Source: an uncultured Methanoregulaceae archaeon | Lineage (GTDB): Archaea; Halobacteriota; Methanomicrobia; Methanomicrobiales; Methanospirillaceae | DNA: 64,000 nt | Reading direction: 5' to 3' | NCBI GenBank assembly: GCA_963705255.1 | Contig: OY970061.1 | Location: 2,536,651 to 2,600,650 of the forward strand | In this document: positions 1 to 10,921 of the stretch, in pieces | How the letters are laid out: each line of letters opens with the position of its first letter | Numbering within the stretch: the first letter of the stretch is position 1 | Notes under the pieces: generated by a model | Told to the model about the DNA's origin: nothing | Databases searched by the model: none | The model's input: the letters and a program-made list of their open reading frames with translations, nothing else | Made by a program: the position numbers and the translations under genes

Positions 1-584
1 TCAGTCCCTTCAATTGACGTTGTTCTGGTATCTGCCATGTCAGATTCAGGATTCGGGAGGTGATCGCGGGTATCGGTCTCTTCACTCCGGGTTTTGAGGA
101 TGGTTTTTGCCGCTTCGCCGACACTCCTCATTACCTTGGTAATGCGATCTTCAATATCGATCTCTTCATCGATGTCCAGTGTTGTCCCCTCTACTTCAAG
201 GAGGAATCGCGCCACTTCGCTCGCTTCAAAAAGCAGATCGTCAAGTTCATCAGTGGTAAAAAATCCGCACATAGCACCATAGAAAAAGGTGGCGCTTGCT
301 TTACGAACTTTCTTTTTAAAAGAATTCCGTGCCTGATTTACAGCCTGAGGTGTATAGGTCTCTTCCATGAATGGAACAAGTTCCGGAAGATTTTTCCCGA
401 TAAATGTCATTTCTGCACCTCCGGATGTGCGAAAATCCGTACATAACCGGGCTAATGCCCACTCCCTCGCCGTGATGTACGTGCGCTTACGTAAAAACTG
501 GTTAACTTTCCGATATGTTGCACCATCCACTTTTTTAAATTTTTTATATTTGTTGAGCTCCTGCCGGATATTTGCTTCGTCCAT
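1..584 (-). CDS. DUF5806-family conserved euryarchaeal protein (runs off window start; absent from ORF track)
   Basis: Manual translation from ATG at 584: MDEANIRQELNKYKKFKKVDGATYRKVNQFLRKRTYITAREWALARLCTDFRT...YTPQAVNQARNSFKKKVRKASATFFYGAM; open to position 1; matches my recollection of DUF5806. Confidence 0.8.
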   Translation of the reverse strand, partial: MDEANIRQELNKYKKFKKVDGATYRKVNQFLRKRTYITAREWALARLCTDFRTSGGAEMTFIGKNLPELVPFMEETYTPQAVNQARNSFKKKVRKASATFFYGAMCGFFTTDELDDLLFEASEVARFLLEVEGTTLDIDEEIDIEDRITKVMRSVGEAAKTILKTRSEETDTRDHLPNPESDMADTRTTSIEGT

Positions 585-1916
585 AAATGATACTCCAGGA
601 TATCCTATTTGAGGCTCGGTTTAGAGATCAGTGGATTATTTGACTGTTTTGTATATAGCAATATGTGGTTTATTTCTTAAATAAGATCAATTATCATCCT
701 GGCAATACTTCGATTTTCACATAGTTTTCAAACATTTTATGATTCACTATGATGATCTGCCAATGATCATCCGGATTTTATTCATTCCTGAAATCAGGAA
801 GGCAAAACGCAGATGGGAAAAGTCAGGGTTACTGCTCGTTGTTCTTTATAGCAGTTTGAATTTCTCATCGTGTCAGAACTTTGATGTGGCTCGAGTGGAT
901 GTGTAAATGGGCTGATGATCCCAGGAAGTTGCCCCGGGGAAGATAGTCAGCGATCATCATGGTTTCAAACATTACACCAGGAAAGGACGGTCATGCAGCT
1001 GGGAGGGTCTCGTGCGCCTTCATCTCCTTCCGGTCAGTTTTGCGAACCTCATGTTAAGTGCCTGTTGCCGGTTTCATGGTACTGAATGGAACAGGAGTAT
1101 CCCAGAATCAAAAGAAGGCCTATTTGAGAGCTCTTTAGTGAGTGGGTCCGGTCGAGTCACGATCGCGGGATCTCCGGCAGAGTCCTGCAGTGGGATCCGG
1201 CAGTGTTTGTGTATAGCAGCCGGCAGTTTACTATGGTCTGATAAACAAAAATATCTTGAAACGGGGCTCAATTTAGCCTCCGTTTTAATACGACGACCAC
1301 ATGTTTGATCGTTTCCACCTAGAGGAATTCTACAAAATGGTCCAGTCGTTCATTTGCAACAAGGAGCATCTATATGCACAATCTTGCAGGCTGAACGGCA
1401 GGGCCTATATGCAGGATTGGAAAATCTGGAAACAGGGAAAATCAACGACGTAGAAAATAAATTGATAAATTTGGAAAACGGGAAACACAACGACAAACGA
1501 CAGATTTGAAAATTTTGAAAACTTCGAATTAAAGAAATTTATCATCTGAAAAAACGCCTATAATTTGTTGATGAATTTTCTTAAATCAAAAATTCGGATA
1601 AAGAATGGAATCTTTTTTTAAAGTAGGATCTCCATTGGGAACGTGATCATTTTTTCAAAAATTGATCTTTTTGTAAGGCGTGAAGGAGGTCCTCGTTTGC
1701 CAGGATGCCAGGGCCCTGGCCCCCTGCAGCAGCGGGGACCCGATTTTTGCATTTCATTTCCAGTGGGGCGATCGCCAGATTCACCCAATAGTGATAATAA
1801 AATCGCTCAGCAGAAGCGATATCCACAAAAAATTAACCTTACTGGGTAAATAGAATTTCATCAAAAAATCCTTAATAGTATATATCATCTGAGGGATTTA
1901 TGTTACTAAATTCAAT

Positions 1917-2681
1917 ATGGATAAAATTCGTTCTTTCGATATGGGTTTCTGGATCCTTTTATTGGGTATATTTTCTATCTTTTGGGGGTGGATTGGTTTA
2001 TTATTGGGTTTGAAGGAATTTTCAAGTTCCGGATTATATGATAGCGGGATTGGGTTAATCGGTGTTGGCGTGGGATTTGTGGCCGTAAGTCTTTCTTTAA
2101 AAACCGATAAATTGGTTAAATCAATAGCTGATTTAAATTTTGATGAAAAAATAGCAGCGATAAAAGGATATAGTAAAGAATTCAACCGTCATAAAATTGA
2201 AGACAAAAATGAAATTAAAAAAGGTTTAGATCGATTATATTGGGATTTAAAGGCAGTTTCTCATCTTAAAAAGTATGCTTCGAAAGAACAAAAGACTGAG
2301 TTAAGTGATACAGTTGAAGCAGCTATTTATCCGCCGAGAATTGATCCTGATGATGAAGACCTTTACGATATTGACGATGATATCGAAAACTTAATTGAAA
2401 ATATTAAAAAATTTATTGATCCATATGACTATAAAGCTCCTGCCATAGAATCAATTTCTATTATGGAAAAAAAAGGATCTTTAACAGATAATCAAAAAAT
2501 GATTGAATTGCAGATTGCCCAATTTGCTGTTACAATGATGATAGCGGTCGCTGCATTTTTTTATATTACATTCCCTGATGAATGGCCCTATTGGTTACGA
2601 GGGGGAATATCAATTGGTTCAGGTATAGTATTTGCAATTATTATTGCATTTATGTTTGAAAAAAAGTATATAAAGTCCTGA
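1917..2681 (+). CDS. Hypothetical membrane protein, AT-rich (possibly foreign)
   Basis: 254-aa ORF with two N-terminal and two C-terminal hydrophobic helices; much lower GC than core genes. Confidence 0.65.
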   Translation: MDKIRSFDMGFWILLLGIFSIFWGWIGLLLGLKEFSSSGLYDSGIGLIGVGVGFVAVSLSLKTDKLVKSIADLNFDEKIAAIKGYSKEFNRHKIEDKNEIKKGLDRLYWDLKAVSHLKKYASKEQKTELSDTVEAAIYPPRIDPDDEDLYDIDDDIENLIENIKKFIDPYDYKAPAIESISIMEKKGSLTDNQKMIELQIAQFAVTMMIAVAAFFYITFPDEWPYWLRGGISIGSGIVFAIIIAFMFEKKYIKS

Positions 2682-3038
2682 CAATGCGGAGAATCAGGGC
2701 CTAGTGAGGCTCATAGTTTGATTCTATTGGCTTTTCCTGGTCCAGATGATGAAAAGAAGGACAGAACTGAAAAGAAGCCTCATTTTGAAGGGTCGATATA
2801 AAGACTATAATAAAAAAATTTTCTATTTCCTTCAAGCCAATCAGCAACCGGCACAGCGCCAGGTTGATCACCTGAGGGTATTCTTTTGCCACGACCGGGG
2901 TCAAGTAAGTTGCTGTACAGTAGTCGATTGTGAGATGCTAGGATCTCTAAAATCTGCGGAGCAATTGAAAATTCGACTTTGCGCAGAATGTCTATTCTGC
3001 GCAAACCTTTATTTATTTGAGATAAGATAGAATAGAGC

Positions 3039-3959
3039 ATGGAAAGCGGGTATTTTTCGGAGTGGCTCAAAAGCTACCGGAATTACCTCCGTATGCGAAA
3101 CTACTCGACCCGCACACTTGACAGCTACGAGCAGGTTATCAAGCATTTCGCATATTACGTCTGGTTGCGTCGGCATACCGAAGTGTCAAAACTGGTGATA
3201 TACTGGAAAGATTTTGAAAAAGCCAGGCTTGATACCGATGTGGATGTAACTCCAGTTATGGTCAATGATTTTCTCTCGTTTGTATCCTCGATGCGGACCT
3301 ATAAGCCAAAAACATTCCATCGCATCATCTCGACACTCAGTTCGTTCTACCGGTTCCTTTATACCCAGGGCGCAGTTACATCAAACCCCCTGACAGGGAT
3401 TGATCGGCCACGGATTAAACAGCAGGAGATCAAGTACCTGAAACATAACCAGGTATTACGCCTGATCGAATCAATCGAGGATCCCCGCGATAAACTCATT
3501 GTGAGGACCATTTATGCTACGGGAGTACGGGTATCGGAGCTCTGCAATATGAATATCGAGGATATTGACTTCGATGAACATACCATCCGTATACGCGGAA
3601 AAGGAGACAAGATGCGGATCGTTTTTGTCGATGACGATACCCTGGCAGAGATTCTCAAATTCATTGGAAACCGTCTTGCCGGGCCCCTCTTTATCGGGCA
3701 ACAGGGAAAACATATCTCCTCCCGTGCCATCCAGCATATCTTCAAGCATTATGCTCCTTCAGGGATCACTCCCCATAAAATCCGGCACAGCTATGCAAGT
3801 GAACTCTATAAACGTTCGAAGAATCTCAGGGTCGTCCAGGAAAACCTGGGGCATACCTCTATCAAGACTACGGAGATCTATCTGCATACTGATATCGATG
3901 AGAGAAGGCAGGTATATCAGCAATATTTCCCTTTGTTCGGTTCGAATGAAAAGGCATAA
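3039..3959 (+). CDS. xerA: XerA-type tyrosine recombinase
   Basis: Catalytic motifs TGVRVSEL, GKGDK, HKIRHSYA, LGH...TTEIY; N-terminal SAM-like domain (YSTRTLDSY). Confidence 0.9.
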   Translation: MESGYFSEWLKSYRNYLRMRNYSTRTLDSYEQVIKHFAYYVWLRRHTEVSKLVIYWKDFEKARLDTDVDVTPVMVNDFLSFVSSMRTYKPKTFHRIISTLSSFYRFLYTQGAVTSNPLTGIDRPRIKQQEIKYLKHNQVLRLIESIEDPRDKLIVRTIYATGVRVSELCNMNIEDIDFDEHTIRIRGKGDKMRIVFVDDDTLAEILKFIGNRLAGPLFIGQQGKHISSRAIQHIFKHYAPSGITPHKIRHSYASELYKRSKNLRVVQENLGHTSIKTTEIYLHTDIDERRQVYQQYFPLFGSNEKA

Positions 3960-4091
3960 AAAAGGGTGATCGTGCCGTATTCTGGTGATTTTTCCGAACT
4001 GATAATCTGATAGAGATTTTAAGTGATCCTCTTTGGGCGCTGTAGAAATCCTATTATCTTGTGTGATTCGCTTACATTTTTCAACGGTTAT

Positions 4092-4239
4092 GAGAGTGAC
4101 CCCCTCTCTCACGTCGAAGAACTCTGACGAGTTCTTCTTATTCTCGAGGTACTGATGAACCTCTTCGAAAATCGAAGAACCTGCCGGTTTTTCTCCAGCC
4201 TGCTCTTCCCTTCGGGAACAGCAGTCTCCCCCACGAGCG
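4092..4239. repeat. Modular palindromic repeat, copy R1
   Basis: Hairpins GAAGAACTC-TGAC-GAGTTCTTC, GAGGT-actgatga-ACCTC and CTGCTCTTCCC-TTC-GGGAACAGCAG, shared with 40948-41231 and 31278-31569. Confidence 0.85.
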
Positions 4240-5548
4240 TCTATAATGAAAGCCGATGATTTCGACAGAACCCCGCCCCACTTTGTATAAATTTTAAGCA
4301 ATCCGCCCCATGGTTTTCTTACCTATAATTGCTCCAATAATATGATAGATCCTGTTTTGATCATGTATTGAGAGATTTTGATATTTACGCTATTTCTCGT
4401 CGTAGTTTTCCAATTAATTGGTACCAATTATTTTACTATAAACCGTATGATGCTATATCTTAAAATTACTTCGGAACTGATGAACCGCTCTTGTATAAGC
4501 AGAATGAAAATGCTGTCGATCTAAATTTTTAAAGAATTTTCACTCATTCTATTTTACCAGAAAATCATAAGAATTTGATAAAAACATAAGAATTTGAAAA
4601 AATCCGGAAATAGCACGTCTCTGACAAGTCCAGAGTGCATTACATCAGTTTCCAATTAATAAGGAAAAATTCACCGGAGATTCTGTTTTATCAGGATCTC
4701 ACCTCTATCAGAGAACATCCTTCTCTGATCAAACATAATTATCGATTGATAAAATTCAAAATTCCGATATTCCCGTCATAAAAATGGATTTCCAAATATT
4801 TGTAATTTCGTTTGTTTCATCGATAGCAATCAAATCCGATTTATCTGAATTTTTTCAGATTGCCGGATTGTGGATTATGCATTCCAATAATTCCATTTTT
4901 AAGAATTGCTTGAAAAATTGAATAAAATTTCAAATTTTTCTATTTATTCGAATAAAAATTCTATTATCAAATGTTCAGATTATCAAATTTTCGTCGATAC
5001 ATTTTCGACAATGAAATTATTCCAGATTTCACTAATCTGTAGTGACCAATTGGATTTCCAATCTTTTGGAATTAATAATTGTCCACAATAAAAATTTTTA
5101 TAGAATTAAAATATTCCATTTTTTCCAATCAAACAACGATAATATTACAATAAAATTTTTTGGATATCTCAATGTCTCATCTGAAATTTGTATCAAATCC
5201 AATGATCCAAAATTATTCTAATTCATCGTCCGGATATAAGGAAATATAATCTTTTTAAATTCAGCTTTCACTTTTCAAAACTAAAAAATTCGATTTTTTA
5301 TTCGAATTTATTGGAGAATACAGATGAATTTTTTGTTAATTCAATTCATTACTGTATATCAAGAAATTTCACGATCACTTCCGAAAAATACGTAGCTTTA
5401 TTTTCATTTGACTACGAGGTAAACTATCAAACCGTCTGAAAATATCACTCCGGACCTCCTACCGGAACAGGGTCCCCAATTCCAAAATGGATTTGTATGC
5501 AACCGCAATACTTTTTTCTTGTTCTGCCGACATATTGGAGCGATGCAT

Positions 5549-6004
5549 ATGGCAAAGATCCAGAAACGAAAATACGAAAAAACGGATGATGAGGAAATCG
5601 GCCTTGTCCTCCAGTGCAATGACAGCCATGAATTTTACGAAAAGTACCGGGAGATGTTTCCAAACCGGAAAAAAGGCATAGACAGTATCAGCAAGATCTG
5701 GAAACGCCGCAGCGAATTTTTAAAAAAGCAGCAGGCAGAAACGCAGTCTTCCGAATCAATAGATAGATCGGCACATGAATTTGAAAATCTCGTATCAGCA
5801 CAAAACAAAATACTGGCCGAATTGTCCACAGTGATGAAAGAACAGCTCAAGGTTAGCAGGGAAATCCTTGCGCGTCTGCCAAAACAGATTCAGAAACCAG
5901 AGGAGCATACCCAGAAACCTGTGGAGATACGACAGCCCGAACAAAAAGAACACGCAAAGAAACCGGGTACGGAAAGACCCAGTGATATAATGATTGGGTC
6001 CTGA
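5549..6004 (+). CDS. Hypothetical protein (helical N-terminus, coiled coil, charged tail)
   Basis: ORF with GGAG SD at 5537; heptad-like segment FENLVSAQNKILAELSTVMKEQLKVSREIL. Confidence 0.7.
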   Translation: MAKIQKRKYEKTDDEEIGLVLQCNDSHEFYEKYREMFPNRKKGIDSISKIWKRRSEFLKKQQAETQSSESIDRSAHEFENLVSAQNKILAELSTVMKEQLKVSREILARLPKQIQKPEEHTQKPVEIRQPEQKEHAKKPGTERPSDIMIGS

Positions 6005-6218
6005 TCCCGTATGTGCAGCCGATGAGCGTACAAACCGGAATTAAACAGAATACTGTCAAAATATTATTTATTATAAGATACTCTCCGCAAATTCCATTCG
6101 TGGACAAATTCGTCTTGAGTTATATGGTGGTGAAAGGTATTCTTATAGTTACCAAATGCAAATAAATTATGGCTCCAGGTACAGGAAGAACGCTGGAGTG
6201 ACAGACTTTTGAACCTGA

Positions 6219-6291
6219 ACCCCCGTAGTGTAGCGGTCAATCATGCAGGACTTTGGATCCGGCGACACCAGTTCGAATCTGGTCGGGGGTA
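6219..6291 (+). tRNA. tRNA-Gln (anticodon TTG)
   Basis: Acceptor stem ACCCCCG/CGGGGGT with A1-U72, anticodon loop CTTTGGA, T-arm ACCAG-TTCGAAT-CTGGT, followed by a T-tract; no encoded CCA. Confidence 0.95.
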
Positions 6292-6615
6292 TTTTTTGTT
6301 CCCGATTGTTATCATAGCCATATGTTACTATTCATGCCATCACCATCGGGAATTCATGACATCTGCTCTTATATTCTGTGAGCGGGGATCCCGGATTGAT
6401 GACTCTCGAAAATTTTTCTCCTCATAGTGTCCTTTATTGGACCGATGCAACTATTTCAACGGCTGGGTAGGGAGATATGAAATATCTGAAACAGAACTAT
6501 CCTTACCTCTTCATTTTTCCAAGCGGAACACTCTATTCGACGGAAATGTATCTCATCTTCTTCCCTGTTTGTAATTCCTGAAGATTCCGGGTAATCTGTA
6601 TAAAAAAATGCGGGT

Positions 6616-7368
6616 TTATTCCAGGATAGCAAGGAGATTATCACAGCAGGAACTATCAATGATCCCGGGCGCAGAAAAAACCGGGTCGGTCTGAACCCTT
6701 GCCAGTCTCCGCATCTCTTTTTTCGAAAGGCGGAAGCCTTCTTTTTCCCTCATGGAAGTACGGTCCAGGATTGCATTTCGCAGGGATGTGGCAGCGATGT
6801 TGAATGCCGCGTTCACATCTGCATGTGCCACGAACCCGCAGTGCGGGCATTCAAAACGCTTGCGCATCCTCCGCCCGAAACTCCCGCAGCGGCTGCAGCG
6901 TTTCGATGTATATTCCGGATTGATGTAGATTACCGGAATGCCTCTTTCTTTCGCCCGTTTCTCAACCTGGCGTTGGAGCGAGAAGAACGATCCATTTTCA
7001 AAAGAGAACATGAACGGATCGGAGATATTTTTTTGATTCGAGTAACGTGCCGAGAAGAGTCTCTCGAATTTTATACCGGAACCGAGCGATTCCGCAAAGG
7101 AAACGATCTGTCTGCAGATGGCATGAAGGGCTGACTTGAATCTTTTCCGTTCGCGACTTTTGAATTTTTTAAGTTTCCAGAGTTTGCCTTCCCTGTAGAA
7201 TTTCGTACAGTTTTTCAAAGAATGGCTGTGGACATAGTGGATATTTTTCCCCAGTTTCATTACTTTCCCGCTGTATGGGTCGGCAGCGACGGCCACATGG
7301 CCGGTCGTGTTCAAATCAACACCGATCCAGCGGGTCATGAAGAGTGTGGCTTGATGAAATCTGATCAC
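6616..7368 (-). CDS. TnpB-related protein (IS200/IS605), RuvC plus zinc ribbon only
   Basis: RuvC-I IGVDLN, RuvC-II KFERL, NPEYTSKRCSRCG...CPHCG, RuvC-III ADVNAAFNIA; no N-terminal REC/WED region. Confidence 0.85.
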   Translation of the reverse strand: MIRFHQATLFMTRWIGVDLNTTGHVAVAADPYSGKVMKLGKNIHYVHSHSLKNCTKFYREGKLWKLKKFKSRERKRFKSALHAICRQIVSFAESLGSGIKFERLFSARYSNQKNISDPFMFSFENGSFFSLQRQVEKRAKERGIPVIYINPEYTSKRCSRCGSFGRRMRKRFECPHCGFVAHADVNAAFNIAATSLRNAILDRTSMREKEGFRLSKKEMRRLARVQTDPVFSAPGIIDSSCCDNLLAILE

Positions 7369-7552
7369 CTTTCCCCTCGTGATAATTCAACCGCTGTACG
7401 AAATGCCTGAACTGGTGAGCGCGTCCCGGTGTCTGATCATCCCCTGCTACATGAGAATACACTCCTGACTACGGATATATCTTCTGGTCAAAAAACCCGG
7501 ATTAAAAAAGGGATGACGAATCGCGCAGATTCTTCTGGAAAACTGGCGGCAC

Positions 7553-9361
7553 CTATCCCATTACTGCATAGGCGACGAGGGAGAGGAGGAATGCCAGGAG
7601 CAGCATGGCGAGCGAAAGGGGGGCAACGAATACCAGCATTGCATTCACCGTGCTTGCCAGCTGGGAGATCCGGTTGGAACCGAAGACAACGATATGCTCG
7701 CAGTGTGCCGTGCTGGCAGCAGATTCCGCAGGTGCAAGATCATCAATCGCCGCCTGGACCGCCTGCATGACATAGGGAATAAGATCAGAAACAGGGATAT
7801 GCATACCAACCGGGTTCTTTCCGGTGATGGTGTTCACGACATGGGAATCGGTGGTCATCACTTCAGCATGATCGACGAGCGTAAGGACTTGTCCAAGGAG
7901 GGCTTCCCGTACCCCGGCCGCCATATTGTTCCCGTCAATCAGGACGTATGCAGTGCACTGTCCTTCCACATCGATGACCATGACCTGGATCCCGAGATCC
8001 CCGAACCCCTGCTCCCTGCTGTAGGGCAGGGTCAGGTGGGAAACCCCTGCGCGGAATGGCAGGAGCGGAGTGGTCCGGCAGACCTCCATGGCATCGACAG
8101 ATCCACGCTGGTATTCCGTCGCCGTCAGGGTCGCGAGAAGGACGGGGGACGAGAGGTCAGTCATGCAGTTATGCGCATCAACCACCGCGACCTGGGGGAA
8201 CCAGCGGTGTCCTTCCGCCATGATCGTGGACCCGATCGAGAAATCCAGATCCTCGGTCTTCAGGGGCGACCGGGTAGTGACGAGAAGGACTGAGTCCCCG
8301 AACCTCTGGTAGAGAAGCTGTACCGATCCAATCGAGAGACGGCCCGACTTTCCTGCCCCGGCAGTATATACGAGATCCCGCCGGGATTTATTGAGTGCAT
8401 CGATGACCTTGTTGCTCTCGGATTCGGAAACGAGGTTGAAATCATGGGTTGCGCACCCGTGCGCGACCAGGGTCTCGTCATCAAAACTGTCGTGCAGGAT
8501 CTTGGGGAGGTTGCCGCCACCGATCTCCCCCATGGGCCCGGGATGCAGGTTCGGGACCGTGAAGATGAGCGGTTTTCCCTTATCCCTCCGGAAGAAAAAG
8601 CTCACCTGGGGCACAAAGATCTCTTCCCCTATTTCACGGAAGAAATCCTCCATCCCCTTCGAACCATCGGTCATGTGGGCGATGAACGCGTTGACGAATG
8701 CAAGCCCCCGGATCTTGAATGCCCTCCGGAGCGGGCGTTCTATCATCCAGATCAGGATTGCAAAACCGAGCCCGAAGACGATATGGAGCACCAGGGCAAA
8801 GATGCCGAAGTACGGCGAGAAGAGGAGCATGCCGGCAAGAATGCCGACCCCGCTCTGGGTGAGTGCAGGCAGGATCATCCGTGGGATCCGGTAATCCGCA
8901 ATAGCGACCAGCACAAACAACCTGAGCCCAAAGATAAAACCCAGGGAGATCGCGTAAAAAAGAGGGATCAGTTTCACCGAGATTGCCAGCGCCGCGAGGG
9001 TGATAATGACCCCGAAGACCGTGCAGGAAAGCGCCAGAAGCCCGGAACGGTTCCAGGTCATGGTCTTCCCGCTGGACTCGATCATCGGTTTTGTCAGTGC
9101 GAGCGCGGCGATGGCAGGGATCGTGAAGGCGATGGTCCCGGAGAACAGGAATTTTTCCGGTAGTGCCAGGTAACTGCTCAGGACCACCGGCAGGGTGAAT
9201 GCGACATTACCCGAAACGGGGAGGCTCAGCCATGCCCGGGCGTTTGCCCCGTCGATGATCAGGCCGAGGAGAACGATGAGTACAAGGGACTGCTTCCAGT
9301 TCGGGGCAGTGAAAATGTACCGGGTGAGCTGCCCGAGTTTCACATCACTGCCCTGGGCCAT
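7553..9361 (-). CDS. DUF2070-family membrane protein
   Basis: Multi-TM N-terminus; HPGP, HGCATHDFN, DAHN, DGNN and TTDSH motifs. Confidence 0.85.
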   Translation of the reverse strand: MAQGSDVKLGQLTRYIFTAPNWKQSLVLIVLLGLIIDGANARAWLSLPVSGNVAFTLPVVLSSYLALPEKFLFSGTIAFTIPAIAALALTKPMIESSGKTMTWNRSGLLALSCTVFGVIITLAALAISVKLIPLFYAISLGFIFGLRLFVLVAIADYRIPRMILPALTQSGVGILAGMLLFSPYFGIFALVLHIVFGLGFAILIWMIERPLRRAFKIRGLAFVNAFIAHMTDGSKGMEDFFREIGEEIFVPQVSFFFRRDKGKPLIFTVPNLHPGPMGEIGGGNLPKILHDSFDDETLVAHGCATHDFNLVSESESNKVIDALNKSRRDLVYTAGAGKSGRLSIGSVQLLYQRFGDSVLLVTTRSPLKTEDLDFSIGSTIMAEGHRWFPQVAVVDAHNCMTDLSSPVLLATLTATEYQRGSVDAMEVCRTTPLLPFRAGVSHLTLPYSREQGFGDLGIQVMVIDVEGQCTAYVLIDGNNMAAGVREALLGQVLTLVDHAEVMTTDSHVVNTITGKNPVGMHIPVSDLIPYVMQAVQAAIDDLAPAESAASTAHCEHIVVFGSNRISQLASTVNAMLVFVAPLSLAMLLLAFLLSLVAYAVMG

Positions 9362-10019
9362 TATGTAAATCCTCCAAGGACCAGTTCATGGCGGTCGGGT
9401 GTCGAATGTATCGCTGCTGTAGAGTATGTTACCGGGCGCGAGTAAAACGGGGCGTCGAGCGTGATACTCTCATACTCGCCGCCCTCTCCTGCGAGGTTAA
9501 TACGGCGGGTTGCGGCAACGCGCTTGAGCCGCTGGATCAGGTTCTCATCGATGCGGGCTCCAAGATAACTCGCGTCGAGTCCCTCTGCCGCCGTGACGAT
9601 TATCCTTGCATCCATCCTCACCGCCACTTCCCGCAGCAGGAGTTCAGTATCCATGTGCCAGAGCGGGGTGAAGAGCTCCAGACCGAGGCGGTCCGTGATC
9701 GCCTTCACACGCTCCGCCTGGTATTCCGAAGCGACAGCACCTGCGATTACGCCTTCAATGTCCAGTGAACCGAGCCCCTCTTCGAGGTCGGCAAGCTCTT
9801 CTTCCTTTCTGCCCTGCGTTTCTATCTCAACATACTCCATTCCTGAGACCCGGGCAATGACCGGAACGACATCGAGATTTGCGGAATGGAACATATAGGA
9901 ATCCCGGTTCTTCGGGCGTGCGGTGACCAGGTACCGCACGTTTTTCCCGCTTTCAATTGCTTTCTGGCACGACAGGTACCCGAGTCCTTTCCCCCGGAAG
10001 TGAGTGCAGCCCAGGTCAT
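9361..10019 (-). CDS. Diphthamide synthase-like PP-loop ATPase (Dph6 family); frameshift near 9975
   Basis: SGGKDS in ORF 9822..10019 continues into SYMFH...GEGGEYES of ORF 9361..9939. Confidence 0.85.
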
Positions 10020-10921
10020 GGGAACGGTCTCCTCTGTTCCGGGACGCTTATGGTGCCAAAATGCTGCCGGTAGCGTGAAAGCATCGCATCCCAGTCAGGC
10101 AGGTGTGTCTGGCAGCCAACATGTTCCACGATATAGGATGCGGTTACCGTGCCGACCTTACAGCAGGTCAACGGGTCATGACCCTTTACGAATGCTGAAA
10201 GGAACCCGGCACGGTATGAGTCGCCGGCACCGGTCGGATCGGAAAGCGTGACCGGAACAGCCGGAATGAACTGCTCGTTTCCGCCGGAATAGAGCGTACT
10301 TCCGTCCCCGCTCATGGTGAAGATCGCCATATCAACCTGGCCGATGAGTGCCTCCCTTGTAATCCCCAGCGTTGTGCACATCTGTTTTGCCTCATGCTGG
10401 TTGGCAAAGAGGATGTCGGTATATGCTATGATCGATCCGAGCTGCTCCTTTGTGTACCAGAAGACATCCTGCCCGGGATCGAACGATGTGAACTCGCTTC
10501 TCTCCGCAACCCTGCAGTTGAACTCCGGATCCGCCGTTGCCATGTGCACGAACGGGAGGGACGGGGCTTCCGAGGTTGCGAACGCCCTGGATGCTCCCCA
10601 TTCAAAGAAGGTCATCTGGTCGCCGTGATCGTCCGTGAACATGAACGCCGTCGGCGTATGTGCATCGGGGACCGTGAAGAACTGCTGGTGGATCCCGAGC
10701 TTGTTCATCCAGTGGTCATAATCCCCACCGGCAAAATCCCCTCCGGTACAGGAATGCAGGGTCACCTGTTCGCCCAGCATCGCGATCCCTGCCGCAATGT
10801 TTGCAGCGCCGCCGCCAAAATAGATCTGCCTGTCGGTAATGTGGGTCGAACAGTTCTTTTCCGGGAGGTGGGGCACCCGGGAGATATGATCGATGGCAGT
10901 ATGCCCGACGATATGGATCAT
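10016..10921 (-). CDS. PfkB-family carbohydrate/nucleoside kinase
   Basis: GGGAANIA and [13 protein letters not shown] signatures. Confidence 0.9.
   Translation of the reverse strand: MIHIVGHTAIDHISRVPHLPEKNCSTHITDRQIYFGGGAANIAAGIAMLGEQVTLHSCTGGDFAGGDYDHWMNKLGIHQQFFTVPDAHTPTAFMFTDDHGDQMTFFEWGASRAFATSEAPSLPFVHMATADPEFNCRVAERSEFTSFDPGQDVFWYTKEQLGSIIAYTDILFANQHEAKQMCTTLGITREALIGQVDMAIFTMSGDGSTLYSGGNEQFIPAVPVTLSDPTGAGDSYRAGFLSAFVKGHDPLTCCKVGTVTASYIVEHVGCQTHLPDWDAMLSRYRQHFGTISVPEQRRPFP

Noticed and set aside
674-701. dif site candidate (ATAA-GATCAA-TTAT)
   Set aside because: Only the 4-bp cores match; the outer arms are not palindromic and such matches are expected in AT-rich DNA
4148-4175. CTGATGA...GAAA in repeat modules (also near 31484 and 45039) resembling a hammerhead ribozyme core
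   Set aside because: No stem II can form between CTGATGA and GAAA; the CTGAT is simply the loop of the GAGGT/ACCTC hairpin
3039-6291. Integrated element defined by the tyrosine recombinase and tRNA-Gln
   Set aside because: No duplicated tRNA 3' end found in the window; the protein looks like housekeeping XerA
6616-7368. Cas12f/Cas14 effector or active IS605 element
   Set aside because: No CRISPR array, no tnpA, no recognisable IS ends, and no REC/WED domains
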